A program made the translations under genes and the position numbers. Shown piece after piece: positions 25,397-38,717 of a stretch of DNA of 64,000 nucleotides. Below the pieces are notes generated by a model. It did not search any database and had not been told where the DNA came from. It saw only the letters and a program-made list of their open reading frames with translations. This DNA is from Vitrella brassicaformis CCMP3155 (taxonomy: Eukaryota > Protista > Chromerida), in assembly GCA_001179505.1 (NCBI GenBank), contig CDMY01000304.1:63975-127974 (forward strand), given 5' to 3'. How positions within the stretch are numbered: position 1 is the first letter of the stretch; every line of letters begins with the position of its first letter.

Positions 25397-26636
25397 ATGA
25401 GTGAAGATCATGAGCACCAGTTGACGCGGCGTCCATGGTCGTGGAAGCCCTACCAGTATCGAATTGGGAGGATGTTTGTCCTCTCGGAATGGAAGGTCAT
25501 GGATGAGCAATGAACAATGTGTGCAAAGGATTGACCGCATGATGCGCTTGGTGTGTGTTGTGACGGTTGCAGGACGGCACGCTAATTGTCATCGGACCGG
25601 ACTGTAAGCCAGCCAGTGGGCGCACACATCTGTTCGAATCGAATGACCCGGTCTTCTCACCATCTCATATTATCCATTGGCTGCCACAGGGCCTTACACA
25701 GTCGGTCTGCTTGCCTTCATTCTGCTCGTCGGCGGAGGTACACAGACAGACACCAAAGGGAAAGTGCACTGCCTGTCTGCCTGCCTGCCTCTCTGGATGC
25801 AGCCTTTTGCTTCCACGTAGCGCCTCAGCTGTCGTCTCTCTGGTTCCGCATGGGCTCCTACGCCTGTGTGCTGTCGACCCTCGTGTCGTTCGCCTGCGTC
25901 TCGCTGAAAGACCCAGGCATCATCAGGTTTGTACACATGAAACACGCTCACACGAAGGCGTGTGTGTGTCTGATTGTGTCTGATTGTTGATCTGTCAGGC
26001 CGTCGCACAGCGACTGGAGTGATGTGTCGTCGACAGACGATGTGCAGCTGACGGTGGGCGTGCAGGAGGACTGCGATAGCGACAGCAACACACCGTCCAC
26101 TCGGCGGTCGACCGAGGCTGCGGCAGACGAGAGAGAGCTGCCTGACCTTGAGCAGCGATATCGGGAGGCGGGGCCGTCGGTGATCGGCAGGGCCACCGGC
26201 AGCGATACCCCGCCATCCCCTCCGAGAAGACGGCACGTCCAGGCGCATCTGTGAGACAGAGGGTGGATCAAATCAGACGACATGGTGTCCACAGGGGATG
26301 TTCTCTCGTGTCTGTCTGTCTGTCTGCAGGATGTGTGAGGTGTGTGGAGTGCTGGTGCCTCCCGAGGCCCTCCACTGCGTCGACTGCCAAGTCTGTATCG
26401 ACAAATTCGATCACGTGAGTGAGTGGCGATCTGACGATTTACGGACCCATGCAGTGTGTGTGTGTGTATAACTGTTGTCTGTATGGGTGCAGCACTGTCC
26501 GTGGACGAGCAAGTGCATTGGGCGGAAGAACATCACTGATTTCTACGTCTTTCTGGTGTGCGCCTTCGGGACAGTAATCTACCTCACCATCTGTATGGGC
26601 GTGTACATTCGAAACACTTCCGTCATACACACATAG
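25397..26636 (+). CDS. DHHC palmitoyltransferase
   Basis: GPD motif, hydrophobic helices and DPGII, then CEVCGVLVPPEALHCVDCQVCIDKFDH|HCPWTSKCIGRKN followed by a TM helix; TAG at 26634-26636. Confidence 0.93.
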
Positions 26637-26910
26637 ATGCCATTGGGTCGAATGGATGGATGGATGGATGGCTCGCCGTGTCTCACTGCGTCGGTGTATA
26701 GTGAGTGAGACGCAAAGAGACGTGGCCGGACGTTTGTGGTGTGTACAGTCGAACACGCAAAGCGTCTATGCGTGACTCTGAGAGAGAAACTGAGGCAGAT
26801 CTCCTTTGTCCTTGTCTTGAGCGGTGCGCCAGCTCTGCACGCGTGCAAGCTTAATGCTTCCAGTCTCGAGGCCCCCGAAGCCCCCACAGTGAGCCCCGTC
26901 ATAGAGCCCG

Positions 26911-29900
26911 ATGGAGCCACTGGCAGAACAGCCGCCGGCCTTCAGGTCACTAGACCTGCAGACCAGCACACGCAGATCGGGCGGGACAGATCCCTCACAC
27001 GCGAACCCAGATGTGCTGCGGCGGGCCGACTTGCTGCTCGAGGGGATGAAGCGGCCACAAAGAATGACCCGGGAGGAGATCACCAGGTCGTGGGCGACGC
27101 ATGCAATCCTCCTTCCTTCATGATTTGTCGGTCGTCCGTCTGTTTATGCAGGTGGAGAGATATCAGGGACAAGGAAGGGGAGGAGGCAGAAGACCCCGGC
27201 GGCGCACTGCACGACTTTGCCATCAGCCAGGTAGAAAACACTGGCTATTTAACTCTGTTCAGGCTTCTGTGAGTGCATGGACTGCTCGTTTCTTTGCAGC
27301 TTGGGGCGCTTCGTTCATGCCTGGAGACGGAGATTGACCTTACGTACCAGGCGACACGCATCAAGTCGGCAGAGGCACAAGCGCCTGCACCAGCTGCCAA
27401 GGCACCTTCCCAGCAGCAGCAGCAGCAGCAGTCGGTGTCAATTCTCGAGCAGACATGTCCACAGATGCAGATCACTGTGGTGCCGACGAGCTACGCCTCG
27501 AGCAAGAGAAAGGCCGGCCATCTCCCGATCTCCATCCTCACCTCAATGCCCGCGGTCGCCTCCCCATCGGCACAGCAAGTATGCCAGCCACCTTTCGTTT
27601 CATTGTATTGTTTGCCTTGCTTGCTTTATTCATGGGAATGAACACCGTTTCGGTCAGGCAGTCACACTGCGGTCTCGGCCAATACGGCAGAGAATTCGTG
27701 TCAAGGGGGGCGACATGATCGAGACCTACATCTACGCCCTGCAGCTCGACGCCAAGATGGGTGAGCCCATGCAGGTCACTCTAGAACCGCCAGTCGACGC
27801 ACGAGACACATCCGTCTCGCCGAGACATGAAGAGCCGCCAACAGCCCCCGCTCCCTCTTCCCTCCCACCTGCTGCCCCCTCCCCCGCCCCCTGCTTCGCC
27901 CCACCGCCTCCTTTGGCCGGCCCCAGTGTTGCGACGGATGTGCCCATCACGCCCTCCATGCTGCGATCAACGTCCGGGAAAGAAAGGGACGAGCATGACA
28001 GGGAGAGAGACACGCGGTCGCCCGTGCCAACGCTCACCGGCTTCCAGTCGTCTGTCGATATGGCCAGCCGGCCGCTGACGCGATTGACGACGCGGCCGCA
28101 CACAAGGCTGGACAAGCCAATGGGTGTGCCTGGGGCCGTGCCTGAGGATGTGCCTGAGGAGCGGGCGCATCAAGTGCCGGTGGCAGCTGAGCCCTCTCTG
28201 CGGAGCGATTCGCCGCACTTCTACGCCTTCCATGACCGGAGCAGCAGGGCGCCTTCTCCCGGCTGTGGCCCCGAAATCGCCTACACGGCCGCATTCCACT
28301 ACCTCGCTCACCATCTCCAGTCGAGAGCCACCAAGAGGGAGATTCGCGCCTTTCCATGCAGCCCATTCGTGTTGCCAATCAAGGCAATCCTGCCTCCGGA
28401 GATGGCCGTGCCTGTGGAGAAGTCGATCATGGATGCGATTGATGTGGCGAGGCGGGCGTCGGTCACAGTGCCGAAGAGCGCCGGTGTGGGAATGGCCGCG
28501 AGGAAGAGCGTGGTGATGCCGACGACAGGAGTGCTGGGCGAAGAGCTGACATTGGAGGAGGAGAGGGAGGCCGACGATCCTGCGGCGAAGGCACTGACGC
28601 CACCGAGCCTCTGGCACTCCAAGTCGCTGTTCAAGTGAGTGAGAAACAGTGCACAAACAAAGATGCCCACACAAGCTTACAGCGCCTACAAGCATTTCTC
28701 TGTCTCTTTCTCCATTCAGGCCTCTCCTGATCCCCAGCGACCAGGCCATCAGACGCTATCTCTCCCAGCTGACACCGAGACCAGTGCCAGCAGCATTTGC
28801 GGACCCCCATGCGGTTGTGAAGCAGTACGAGTACCATCATGGCCGACACAAGCAGCAGAGAGAGTCCCTTTCCCCTGAGAGGGGCGGCGATGGGGATGCC
28901 GAAGACGCCGCGGAGGACGCGCTGCCGACTGTGAGTGCGATCGAGGTCATGGAGCAGGATGTGGGCTTCGAGGCACGCGCCAAGGAACAATTCAGGTGCG
29001 ATACAAACGAGATGGACAAACGAGTGCCTTTCGGAGTGTCCCTCAATGTGTGTGTGCGTGTGTGTGTCTGCAGGTGGTTCCGCTCTCTCCTCCGCACCTT
29101 GGCCACCTCCCCAAGTGGTGGTCTTGCGATGGCCCAGAGCCTCGAGCTGGTCGTCAAGTCGCTCGTGCTCACGATCGACGGCGAGCTCAGTGCCCACCAG
29201 GAGTACATTTCTCAGCTTGAGAGGATCATCGATCGCGTCAAGGACCACCACGTGCATGCCACGGCATACAAGACCAAGCTCGATGAAATGACGGCTGCGC
29301 ACGACGCGCTGCGGTGAGCGAAGGGCTTCCTCCGGGTGTCTGTCTGTCTGTCTGCACACAATCCGTGCTTGTGTGCATCAGACGTGAGCTTGATGAGACG
29401 GTCAAGCGCGCCAAGGAGACCGAGATGGCACTTGAGGAAAAAGTGGAGGACCTCACAAAAGACCTCGAGGCGCTCTCGCCCAGCACGGGTGGCGGCCTGC
29501 AGGGCCTGGCGAAGCTCATGGCCGACTACTCCACACTCATGAACGAAATGGAGGTCAGATACGATACCGCATACATCCCTTCCCTCCCACCACACACAAA
29601 CACTTTCTGTCTATATCTCTCAGGAGGAGTCTCTGACCCAGCAGCGGCTGTTCAACCAAGTGGGCGTCTGCACCACATCCATGGTTACGACCAGGCAGGG
29701 CGACCCGCAGAGCCTGAGACAGAGGGGCAGAGTGATCGAGCTGAGAACCGGCGAGATGGAACTCAGGTCAGGGATGTGGTGCGTCATTACAAGGGAAATT
29801 TCCTTTCTATGTCTCGTTCATAGGCCGTATGACATCCGCGATTGCGCGTTGGACGTCACAGAGGCAGACATAGGCCAGGCCGCCACCGACACATCGAGGC

Positions 29901-32517
29901 CAATACGCACCATCCACCCGTCCATTCGAAGACTTGTCGCTGCGCACGACCCGAAAACTTTCGTAAGCGCCATTTTAGACGTGCATCCTCGCCACAAAGT
30001 GTTCCTGGGCACTTGCGCCGTGCGTGCAGGTGGACGTGTCGTCGGACGAGCTGCTGATGGAGGCAGAGCGCATCTACGCGCACAAGACGGAGATGGAGGC
30101 CAACCAGCCCACCCGGCCGCGCAGCTCCCTCTACGACTTCTGCCTTTACCACTACACACAGCAAATGGGCCTCATCTCACTGGCAGAAAAACGGGTGCCG
30201 ATCCGTCTACACATATAAGGGGCGAGACACATAGCCACTGCGCTGTGTGGGCAGGTGTACGCCTTGCTGGCAGCCCTCGACCGCAAGATGACTCGGGCGG
30301 GGGGATCTGCTGCGAAAATGTCGATACCTCTGAGGCTCTTCGCTGGGTGACTCACCCCTCCCACCCAAACACCCACACACGGTTGCACATATGCGCAAAC
30401 GGCTCCCTTCACTCCATGTCTCGCTATCGACAGCTTCTTGGAGTTCGCCGACACGTCCTTCGTCTACCCCTTGCCAGTGCTCAACATCTTTCTCCACTTG
30501 AAGCGCCAAATCCACAGCCTCGTCGACTCCCCGCCCGTCGGCGGCCCTCTCGTCCTCACCCCACACACAGCCGCGGCTAATGTGGGGCTCATCGACGCCG
30601 TGCAGGCCTACAAAATGGCCTGCTTCTCACTGCAGGTAACTAAATGAAAGGGCAACGGAAATCACAAGCCTCCTTTTCGTGTGTGCTGTCCGTTTGTGTA
30701 CGTGTATGGGTGTGGGGAATAAATAGGGCATTTCGGCGCCAGGATTTGAGCGGCTGGTCACCGCAATTGCTGCCGGGTGCACTGTGGAGGTGCCCGCCAA
30801 AAACGGATCGTCGGGCTTCACAAAAGTGGACATCTCACTTGCGAGACGTAAGGTGATCATGCTGGCCAAGCTGGTGCGCACCACACTGACCTCTGGGCTG
30901 CCCGCCAACCCCAATGCTTCCGGCAACGGCACGCTCATGCGGACGATCCTGACGCGGCTGGAGATGTACCGTGATCAGGGCGGGGAGGCGTCGGGACCAA
31001 AAATCGACCACCAGCAATTCAAAGAGGCAAGTAAAGTCAGAGAGCCGCTTTTCTCTTCTGACGTGTGTGTGTATGTGTGTGTGTGCAGGGTTTGCTATCA
31101 TGTGGCGTCATGGCCGAGGAGCCGACGTGGGCAGATGAGCTGGATCAGCAGCAGAGGGGCTTCATCGACCCCACCACCACACTGCAGTACTTCACCGCAC
31201 AGCCGCACCAGCATCCGACAAGAATCGATGCGGTGCGGCTGTCCGTCGACGAGTATTCCCTCCTAGATGCCGCCGTGTCGGCCTTCATGACCGACTTCCG
31301 GTATGTGAGAAAACTACCNNNNNNNNNNNNNNNNNNNNNNNNNNNNNNNNNNNNNNNNNNNNNNNNNNNNNNNNNNNNNNNNNNNNNNNNNNNNNNNNNN
31401 NNNNNNNNNNNNNNNNNNNNNNNNNNNNNNNNNNNNNNNNNNNNNNNNNNNNNNNNNNNNNNNNNNNNNNNNNNNNNNNNNNNNNNNNNNNNNNNNNNNN
31501 NNNNNNNNNNNNNNNNNNNNNNNNNNNNNNNNNNNNNNNNNNNNNNNNNNNNNNNNNNNNNNNNNNNNNNNNNNNNNNNNNNNNNNNNNNNNNNNNNNNN
31601 NNNNNNNNNNNNNNNNNNCCCCCCCCCACACACACGACACACATCATTCTCTTTGCGTGTGGGTATGTATGGGGCTGCGCGAACAGTGCCGCCATGACCT
31701 CAGCCTTGACCATCTTCCGTCAGCTGCGGGAGGCACCCCCAGAACCACCACCGGCTGCCACCGATGGCCAGCAGAAGCAAGCCAAAGCGACAAAGGATGA
31801 AGACTCAGAAAGCTCCGAAGAAGAGCAGCCAGTACCGGCTGTGGAACAGCCGCAGAATAAGCTTCCCGCGCGGCAGCCTTCTGCCTTTATGCTTCGGGAT
31901 GGGGAGGATGTGTGGAAATGGGAGGACATGAGGAGGCTCATACACTCGGTGGCGCCACAGGCAAACCCAAATAGATAGACAAACAGACAGACGTGAGCCA
32001 CCGGTACTTGAGTGTCCGTCTCGGTGTGCCCCACTGTGTGTGATGTGAAGGTGAGTGAGTCTGAGTCGTGGCGGTTCTACCGCGCCTGCGTCGACCTCTC
32101 ACACGCATGCACCAAGGTAAGCTGTAGTAGGCCGATGGACGCACACAGGCATCCCCCCTGTGTCTGTGTCTTGCCCATATCGGTGACTCAGCGTCCTCTG
32201 TCAATGTGCCATTTCGAGCCTCACGTCGACGAGTTGCCCTCACACGGAGGCGACAGCATCCCAGAGCACGTCTTCATGCTGGCGTCTCTCCGCGAAATGC
32301 TCTTCTACGGCACCGAGACGGCCGCAGAGGGAACGCCACAGGCGGGCAGATGGACACAGCCTTCACCGCCGAACACCGCACCTTCCGGACGGGTAAGCTC
32401 AGATGATGCATGGGAGCAGACAGCGCCCGCCCAAGACTTAATTTTCTTTGTTTGGCTGTCTGCGTGCAGAGTGAGGTGCGGAGAGCGGCGGCCAAGAAGG
32501 GCGACAAGAAAAAGTGA
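26911..32517 (+). CDS. Large protein with low-complexity N-terminus, coiled coil and helical C-terminal region (weak resemblance to TSNAXIP1-type axonemal proteins); spans a gap
   Basis: Continuous spliced frame from MEPLAEQ to KKGDKKK*. Coiled coil at ~29100-29560 (KLDEMTAAHDALR|RELDETVKRAKETEMALEEKVEDL); SLYDFCLYHYTQQMGLISLAEKR|VYALLAAL. The family assignment is tentative. Confidence 0.7.
31319..31618. other. Assembly gap (300 N)
   Basis: Run of N. Confidence 1.
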
Positions 32518-32832
32518 ATGCCGGGGGCATCGATGGATGAATGGGCAGATACTTTTGGGTGGCCGGTTGGCTTGGCATGCCTGTGTTAGTACTTACGTGC
32601 GACGGAATCGAATCGCAGCAGTTGTTAAGGACGCAGACAGCCAGCTGGGTGGAGGGAGTGTGAAAGTGAAGGCAGCTCTCAAGAGACCGACCGACACAAA
32701 GGAGTGAGTTCAATCGCTCAGCCTGCTATTCAGACCACCTCTCTGCATCATCTGCTTGCCGCTTGCGCCGCTGCGTCATTCGTTCAATCCTCTTGCACAA
32801 ACCGAACTTAGCTCGCAAATGAATGCGCCGCA

Positions 32833-34319
32833 ATGGCTGCATCTGGTGACGATGATAGTCTCTCGTGCAGCATCTGTAGCAGCGGATTCACGAGCACAGG
32901 GGAGCACGAGCCGCGGCAACTTAGATGCGGTAAGGACGTGTGCCCACCACGAATGACTGGCGGAGGGAAGGAGCGCCGAGGGCGCTCTAGCTCTGTGTGT
33001 GACACTGTGCTGTTGTTTGTCTGTCAGGCCACTCGTATTGCGCACATGTGAGAATCTCAACAAAGAGGCAGCTGTGAATTATGTACTGAAGCCTGGGGGC
33101 ACGTGTGTGGTGTGTGGTGTCCAGTGTGTTGGAGACCTCCGTCGCAATGCCCAAAACAACATCATCAGATGCCCTCTCAGGTGCCGGTAAGGCACAGGAA
33201 TTGACACAGGACGACTCTCCATGCTCACTTTCTTCGCTTCGTGTGCCGTCTTCGCTGCCGTATCGTTCAGGGTGACCACGCCAGCCGCCAAGGATATTCC
33301 GAAGAATTACCTGGCAGCGGCAGCAATCGAGCGTCATGAGCAGCAAGGTATGCGAATGCATGCACATGAGTGCACCGGAGGCTCTGTGTGGCAATGTTCG
33401 TCTCGTTCTGCTGGTGTGTGTAGAGCGTGCTCGCATGGCTGCGTTGTACAAGTGCGTCACGGCTGCCCATTTGCTGACTCGTGATGAGACCCATATGGTC
33501 ATCAAAACGTGTCACCTGGAGCATGAGGTGGACATGGAGGCGGGGCTGTCATCGATGCGCTCGCGGCTCCACACACTGATGACAGTATGTCATGGCTGGA
33601 GAGATCACACGTGGCCATGTCACGATGTCATCCTATGCTATTCTATGTAGTCACCGATTGAGGGCAGCGTTGTGAGCAGGTTTCAGGCCAAGTTGCTCAC
33701 TAAGTGGATCGAGGGCAACAAGTCGTTGCGGTCCATCTACCGGTGAACAAACGCAAAACAAACTGAGACAGAGGGCTAGACTTACCTTTTCTGTCTATGT
33801 GTGTGTGTGTGCTGCTCATTCAGGGCGACTCGTGACGGACCATCGTACACGGACTTCCTGCGGTGTGTAGGAGATGCAAAGGGCCTGGTGTTCTTCATCT
33901 CCAAGGACACCTACCTGTTCGGCGCCTACATCAGAGACGGCATCAAGCCACCCGATGACCTAAGAGGCCAGAACGACTACAAGTGTGATGGGTGGCAATT
34001 CTCGCTGTCAGGCCACTTCCACAACCCGACAAGACTGACGGAGGGGAGGTGGGATGTGTCGGTTGCCGGGCGGGAGAGGCCACCGTCACGTTACCCACCC
34101 TCGCTCATCGTGTTTTGGGCTGTAGTAGCTGGGAGTGGGGCGCTATGCCTGGGTCATGGGCATGTAGGTTTTTCATCCATGCGCGAATGCGGTCAGTGCC
34201 TGTGGGGCCATGATGTGCCTGAGGGCTATCTCGGGGTGAGAAATGAGTATGGCGGTGCTGTGTTCGGTGGCAGCGACCGGTTCATGGCTGATGATGTGGA
34301 GGTGCTGAGAGTCACGTGA
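32833..34319 (+). CDS. RING finger (C3HC4) + TLDc-like domain protein
   Basis: Spliced CSIC...RCG|HSYCAH|CVGDL...IRCPLRC forms a RING. The C-terminus LRSIYR|ATRDG...FGAY...FSLSG...FMADDVEVLRV* matches the TLDc pattern (LLYRAS.DG ... EIEVF). Confidence 0.85.
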
Positions 34320-34465
34320 GGCGCGCGTGAGTGAGAGGTTAATTAGATCACGGGACAGATCAGGTGTGGGCACACGCACGCCAGCGTCGATCTAATGAAT
34401 ATCTACGGTTGCACATGCAGCCGTTGTGATCTACAAATGCCGCTGACGATTGACGACAGCCACCA

Positions 34466-36936
34466 ATGCTGACGGCATTGCTCCCCTCCTGTCTGCTGCT
34501 TCTCGGCACGGCAGCCAGCGCGCATGCTGCTCACAGCCACACGGCGCTTTGTGGAGGACGCCCAGCGTGTCCCCTGTCAGAGGCACACGCGGCGGTCGGC
34601 AGCGCTGTCAGCAATGCCCTCAAGCCAATCGCTGTCGATTCTCTCTTCGACAACCAGGCCGTTCTGAACACGACTGATGAGCGAGTGACGGACGCCATCT
34701 TCTGTCAGCTGAAGGCTACCGATGTCGCCGTCGGCGAAACAGCGCCGAAGACCATTGAGCTGATCGGCCCGAGGATTGTCTTTGAAGGTCCCAATGCCAC
34801 CCTCTGGAGGATCGGCACGGCCATCACTCTCGAGAATGGCCTTGTGAGCATCAGCTTGAGCAGCAACACAGACATCGAGGGCGAGGACACTTTTGAGGTC
34901 AACATCGACGCCTCCGCGGCTGCCAGCAACAGGAGCAGCCCCGGCATAGACGCCATGTGCGATGTCTTGGTGGCCGCAATGGACACCGAGCATCCTCGGC
35001 TGGCTGTGAGCCAGGACGGCTCTCACGTCAGGGTCTCCCCCCTAAGGCGCAAAGCCTCCAGCACGATAGGAGGCCCACACAAACCGAGGACGGACGAGCC
35101 GGGCATGCTCAGCCTGCTGCAGGCTTACCAACACGCCGTCAGCGAACCAGACAAGGAGCTCTTGGCGGTCGCGAAAAGGGAACTCCAGCGCCGCAACGAT
35201 CGGCTTGTGGGCGAAGGGTTTCTGGCCAACGACAAGCTGATCAAGGACGCGGGCAAGCTCCTGAAAGAGCCCATCACCGAGGCGCCCACTGAGGAGAAGG
35301 TGCCGAACCTGGTCGTGCCGACAGTGGTGCCTGGGCAGGACGGCGTGTTCCCGCGATTCGACGAGCTGATCGACGCCGTGCCGTCGACCAACCTGGGTGA
35401 CGCGTTGCGCGCCATCGGCATCCCTATCACGGAGAGATACGTCAACAGCACTGTCGGTCAAGTGCAAAACGCCATCGGCGACCTCGTCAATTCAATCGAG
35501 GTCAGGTCACGCACATATACACAGATACACAGAACGAAGATCGGTGCTTGCATGTGTGTGTCGACGCATCCTCGTTCAGCGATTTGTAACGGCGTACATC
35601 ACGCCGGAGAACCTCGATCGCCTGGAGCTGGAGCCGCTTGTGAGTGCTATCGAGCAGGCAGCGTTGGGGCTCTCGCCGCTCTACCAAGTCAATGCCACCG
35701 ACCCCATCTACACAGTAAGTACGCCACACACCCGCATCCGTGCGCCCTTCGCTTCCTCGATGTGTCCTTTTTCTCCTTTGCAGTTCGCCCGCGGGGTCAC
35801 GGAGAACGTCTGGTCGGCGTCCCAGCTCGTGGACCGGCCGGAGGCTCAGCGAGTTGTCGACGATCTGGTGCAGGACCGTCTTGCAGATGCCATTGCGTAA
35901 GCGGCAGACGATACGCAGAAAGGGAGTAATTGTGGGGTGTGTGTGTGAATGCAGGTGTGCTATTATTGGCAACAGCAACAGTGAGAAGTGCCCTGTGGAC
36001 TCTATCCTTCCCGCATCGCCGTTGCTGGTCCCGACTACCCCAACACCCGGGGGAGTCATCAACTCATTCGGCTTTCCGCGTACGTAGGCTCGCTCTCACA
36101 CAGCTAGAAAATTCATGTTTTACTGGTGTGTAATGTGTGGATGATGTGTGCCCCGCCATGTCATGGAACTGACATCAGAGTGCATCGAGGTGAGCGGCTA
36201 CCAACCACTTTGCGAGCCGATCAACTTCGCCGGCGGCCTTGCGTGCATCGCTGGCCGATCCCTCGAGCCCCAGAACTTCGACGGTATCAAAAGACAGACA
36301 GACCGCACAGACACCACACACGCATCCATTCACCTGGGCTCTGGTGTCTGTCTGTCTGTTCCCCAGGTGTCTACACGTTTGACATTCTAGACCGGTTCGG
36401 CTTCCCCATCTACGGGAAGGGAGCGCGCCTCACGGGGGAGGTCGTCGATTTCCCCTTCTCCCAGGCGACAAGAGAACTCTTTCTCTCGCGGACGCCCGGC
36501 GAAGTGGGCACCAACACCTTCCTCCCACAAGTGGGCACCTTCGGGACCATCACGCCCAACGAGCCGAACTTTAACGTAGGCAGAACAAACGCTCACATAC
36601 ATCAGATCAGACGACGTGTTGTGATATGATATGTGCTGGGTGCAGGAGGTGGGCCTGGGCACCCGTCCGCCATTCGCCACTACGGCAGCGGGCGAGGGCG
36701 AGAGCATCGCGCCCATCGGCTGTGATGCGATCGATCCATTTGGCGGTGAGGGGTTTCCTCAGTGTCTCTCGGGTGGCACGTGGATCTTGGGCCGTGCCGG
36801 CAGTGGCACCTGCACGGGGGTGGTCATCCAGGGTGGTGCCAGCTGCATTTTTGGCCTGCCCTCCCCGCAGATCGAGGAGATCACCATCACGCCAGTCGAC
36901 TGCCCGTTCCTCCCGCCACCCTTCCCGAGGCCATAG
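34466..36936 (+). CDS. Secreted protein of unknown function with Cys-containing C-terminal region
   Basis: Signal-like MLTALLPSCLLLLGTAASAHA; a ~1 kb first exon with coding-type codon bias; further GT-AG exons; ends GCDAIDPF...CLSGG...CTGVVIQGGASCIFG...DCPFLPPPFPRP*. Confidence 0.75.
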
Positions 36937-37560
36937 ATGACTAGACGGGCAGCCAGACAGACGGGGAGACCTTGATTGATTGTGTCGTGTGGCCTGTTGC
37001 CCATTAGGTCGGTCCTATCCTATGCGGTCGAATATTCTATATGTACATGTACGTGTGTGTGCGTCTTATCTCTGAGTCTCGCTTGTCTGCCTGAATAGAT
37101 GGGATGGAGATCCTGTCGGTCGATTTGCATGTTATGTTGGTGCGGTGCGTGCCTCCGCTGTCCGCGCTGTTACATATTTGTCTTGTTGGTCGGTCGCTAC
37201 GTACCTGTTTATTCGTACGTCTGTGGCTGCATTTCATCGCCGAGAGTGAAAATGCTCTCATACAAACACTTTCATGTGGCTGTGTGCCTGCCCTCTGTGT
37301 GTGTGTGTGTTCCCTGTCGGGGTGGGGGTTCGTGTGTGGATGGAATTCAAACCAGGTTCAAAACACCGTCTTGCGTGTGCCAATTATTTGATCGGGGGGA
37401 TAAGGAGATGATTGACGATGGGATGCATGTGCGTGTGTTGTGGGCATCGGCGACTGAGGGACACGCCCAGACGAACAACCGAACGACGAACAGTAGTTAG
37501 CAACAAGCAACTAAATGTCTTCCACACATGCACCCCTTCAGCCACCAGCCGTCACTCCCA

Positions 37561-38469
37561 TCACACGATAGATAATCCGTGCAGCGGCTGCATGCCGCAC
37601 CAACACAGCAACAGTTGAGCCACAAACCGACCCCCCAATGCGCAACACACGACAGCCACACTCACCCCCCACTCGCCCCCTTTCTTCTCGGCTGACCCTT
37701 TCTTGGCCGTCACCACGAGCGTGTTGAGAGCGATGGTGTTAGCCAAGGCCACGAAGCCCTGCAGCGGCACCGCCATGTGGGCCAGATGGCGCCCATCGCC
37801 CCACACCATCAGTAGCAGCACCCCCAGCTTCCCATGCATCGACAGCAGTGCCGCCGACAGCACGCTCAGGGCACTCGGAGTCTGTGACGGCAGCAGCCGC
37901 CTCGTCAGGACGCACAACAGCCACAGATAAACCGCCAACTCTCCCGCCGCGCTGACCAGCATTCGCCACTCGGCGTGATGAATGTTGCTGACGCAGCGGT
38001 GGTATGTTGTGGCAGATACGAGGCCGAAACGCGACGATAACCAGCCGACCCACCCGTGGGAATGATCGTCGCACGAGCCACTGCGCGTGAGGGCCCACAT
38101 GACGTAGGTGTCGAAGAAGAGCACCGCGATGGCCACCTTGAGCAGAAGTCGCACAAGAGGCCCCGCCCAACCGTCATGCCGCTGCCCCTGCTGTTGGCTT
38201 GCGGGAAGGCGGTTGAATAGCACGTGCCGATAGGCAGCCTGCACACATGGCAGGTACATATGCATCCATTTGATTGTGTCACTCATACGCACCCACCTGA
38301 CCTGTCTGTGCAGAAGAATGTCGATGCAGACGAGGAGCGTCTGGTACTCGACGTATCGGTCGGCCGGCGCACCGCACTCGTCGCAGCGCTGCAGAGAGAT
38401 GTTGCCCCTGCTGTACACGCGATAGATGAGAGCAACTGGGGCGCCACACTCCACACAGACGTACGCCAT
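37561..38469 (-). CDS. ARV1: ARV1 family ER membrane protein
   Basis: MAYVCVECGAPVALIYRVYSRGNISLQRCDECGAPADRYVEYQTLLVCIDILLHRQ|AAYRHVLFNR is the Arv1 homology domain, followed by TM helices; one intron at ~38245-38298. Confidence 0.93.
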   Translation of the reverse strand: MAYVCVECGAPVALIYRVYSRGNISLQRCDECGAPADRYVEYQTLLVCIDILLHRQVRWVRMSDTIKWMHMYLPCVQAAYRHVLFNRLPASQQQGQRHDGWAGPLVRLLLKVAIAVLFFDTYVMWALTRSGSCDDHSHGWVGWLSSRFGLVSATTYHRCVSNIHHAEWRMLVSAAGELAVYLWLLCVLTRRLLPSQTPSALSVLSAALLSMHGKLGVLLLMVWGDGRHLAHMAVPLQGFVALANTIALNTLVVTAKKGSAEKKGGEWGVSVAVVCCALGGRFVAQLLLCWCGMQPLHGLSIV

Positions 38470-38717
38470 CCCCCTCAGCTGGCTGCAATTCGCAGATCCA
38501 TGATAAACGGCAGGTGTCGGAGCCCCGGGAGCATACAAAGCACCCACGCGCGTCGCGAGCTTGAGCTCGCGACGCCGAGCCAATCGGCCAACTTCAAAAC
38601 CCACTTTCAACACACTTCCTGATGCCTCTCAGCCGTAGCATCAGCTAAACACACACGAAGACAGAGCCCTTCCGCTCGTCCATCACAGCCGCCTTCCCTT
38701 CTCTCCCCACCCTCGCT

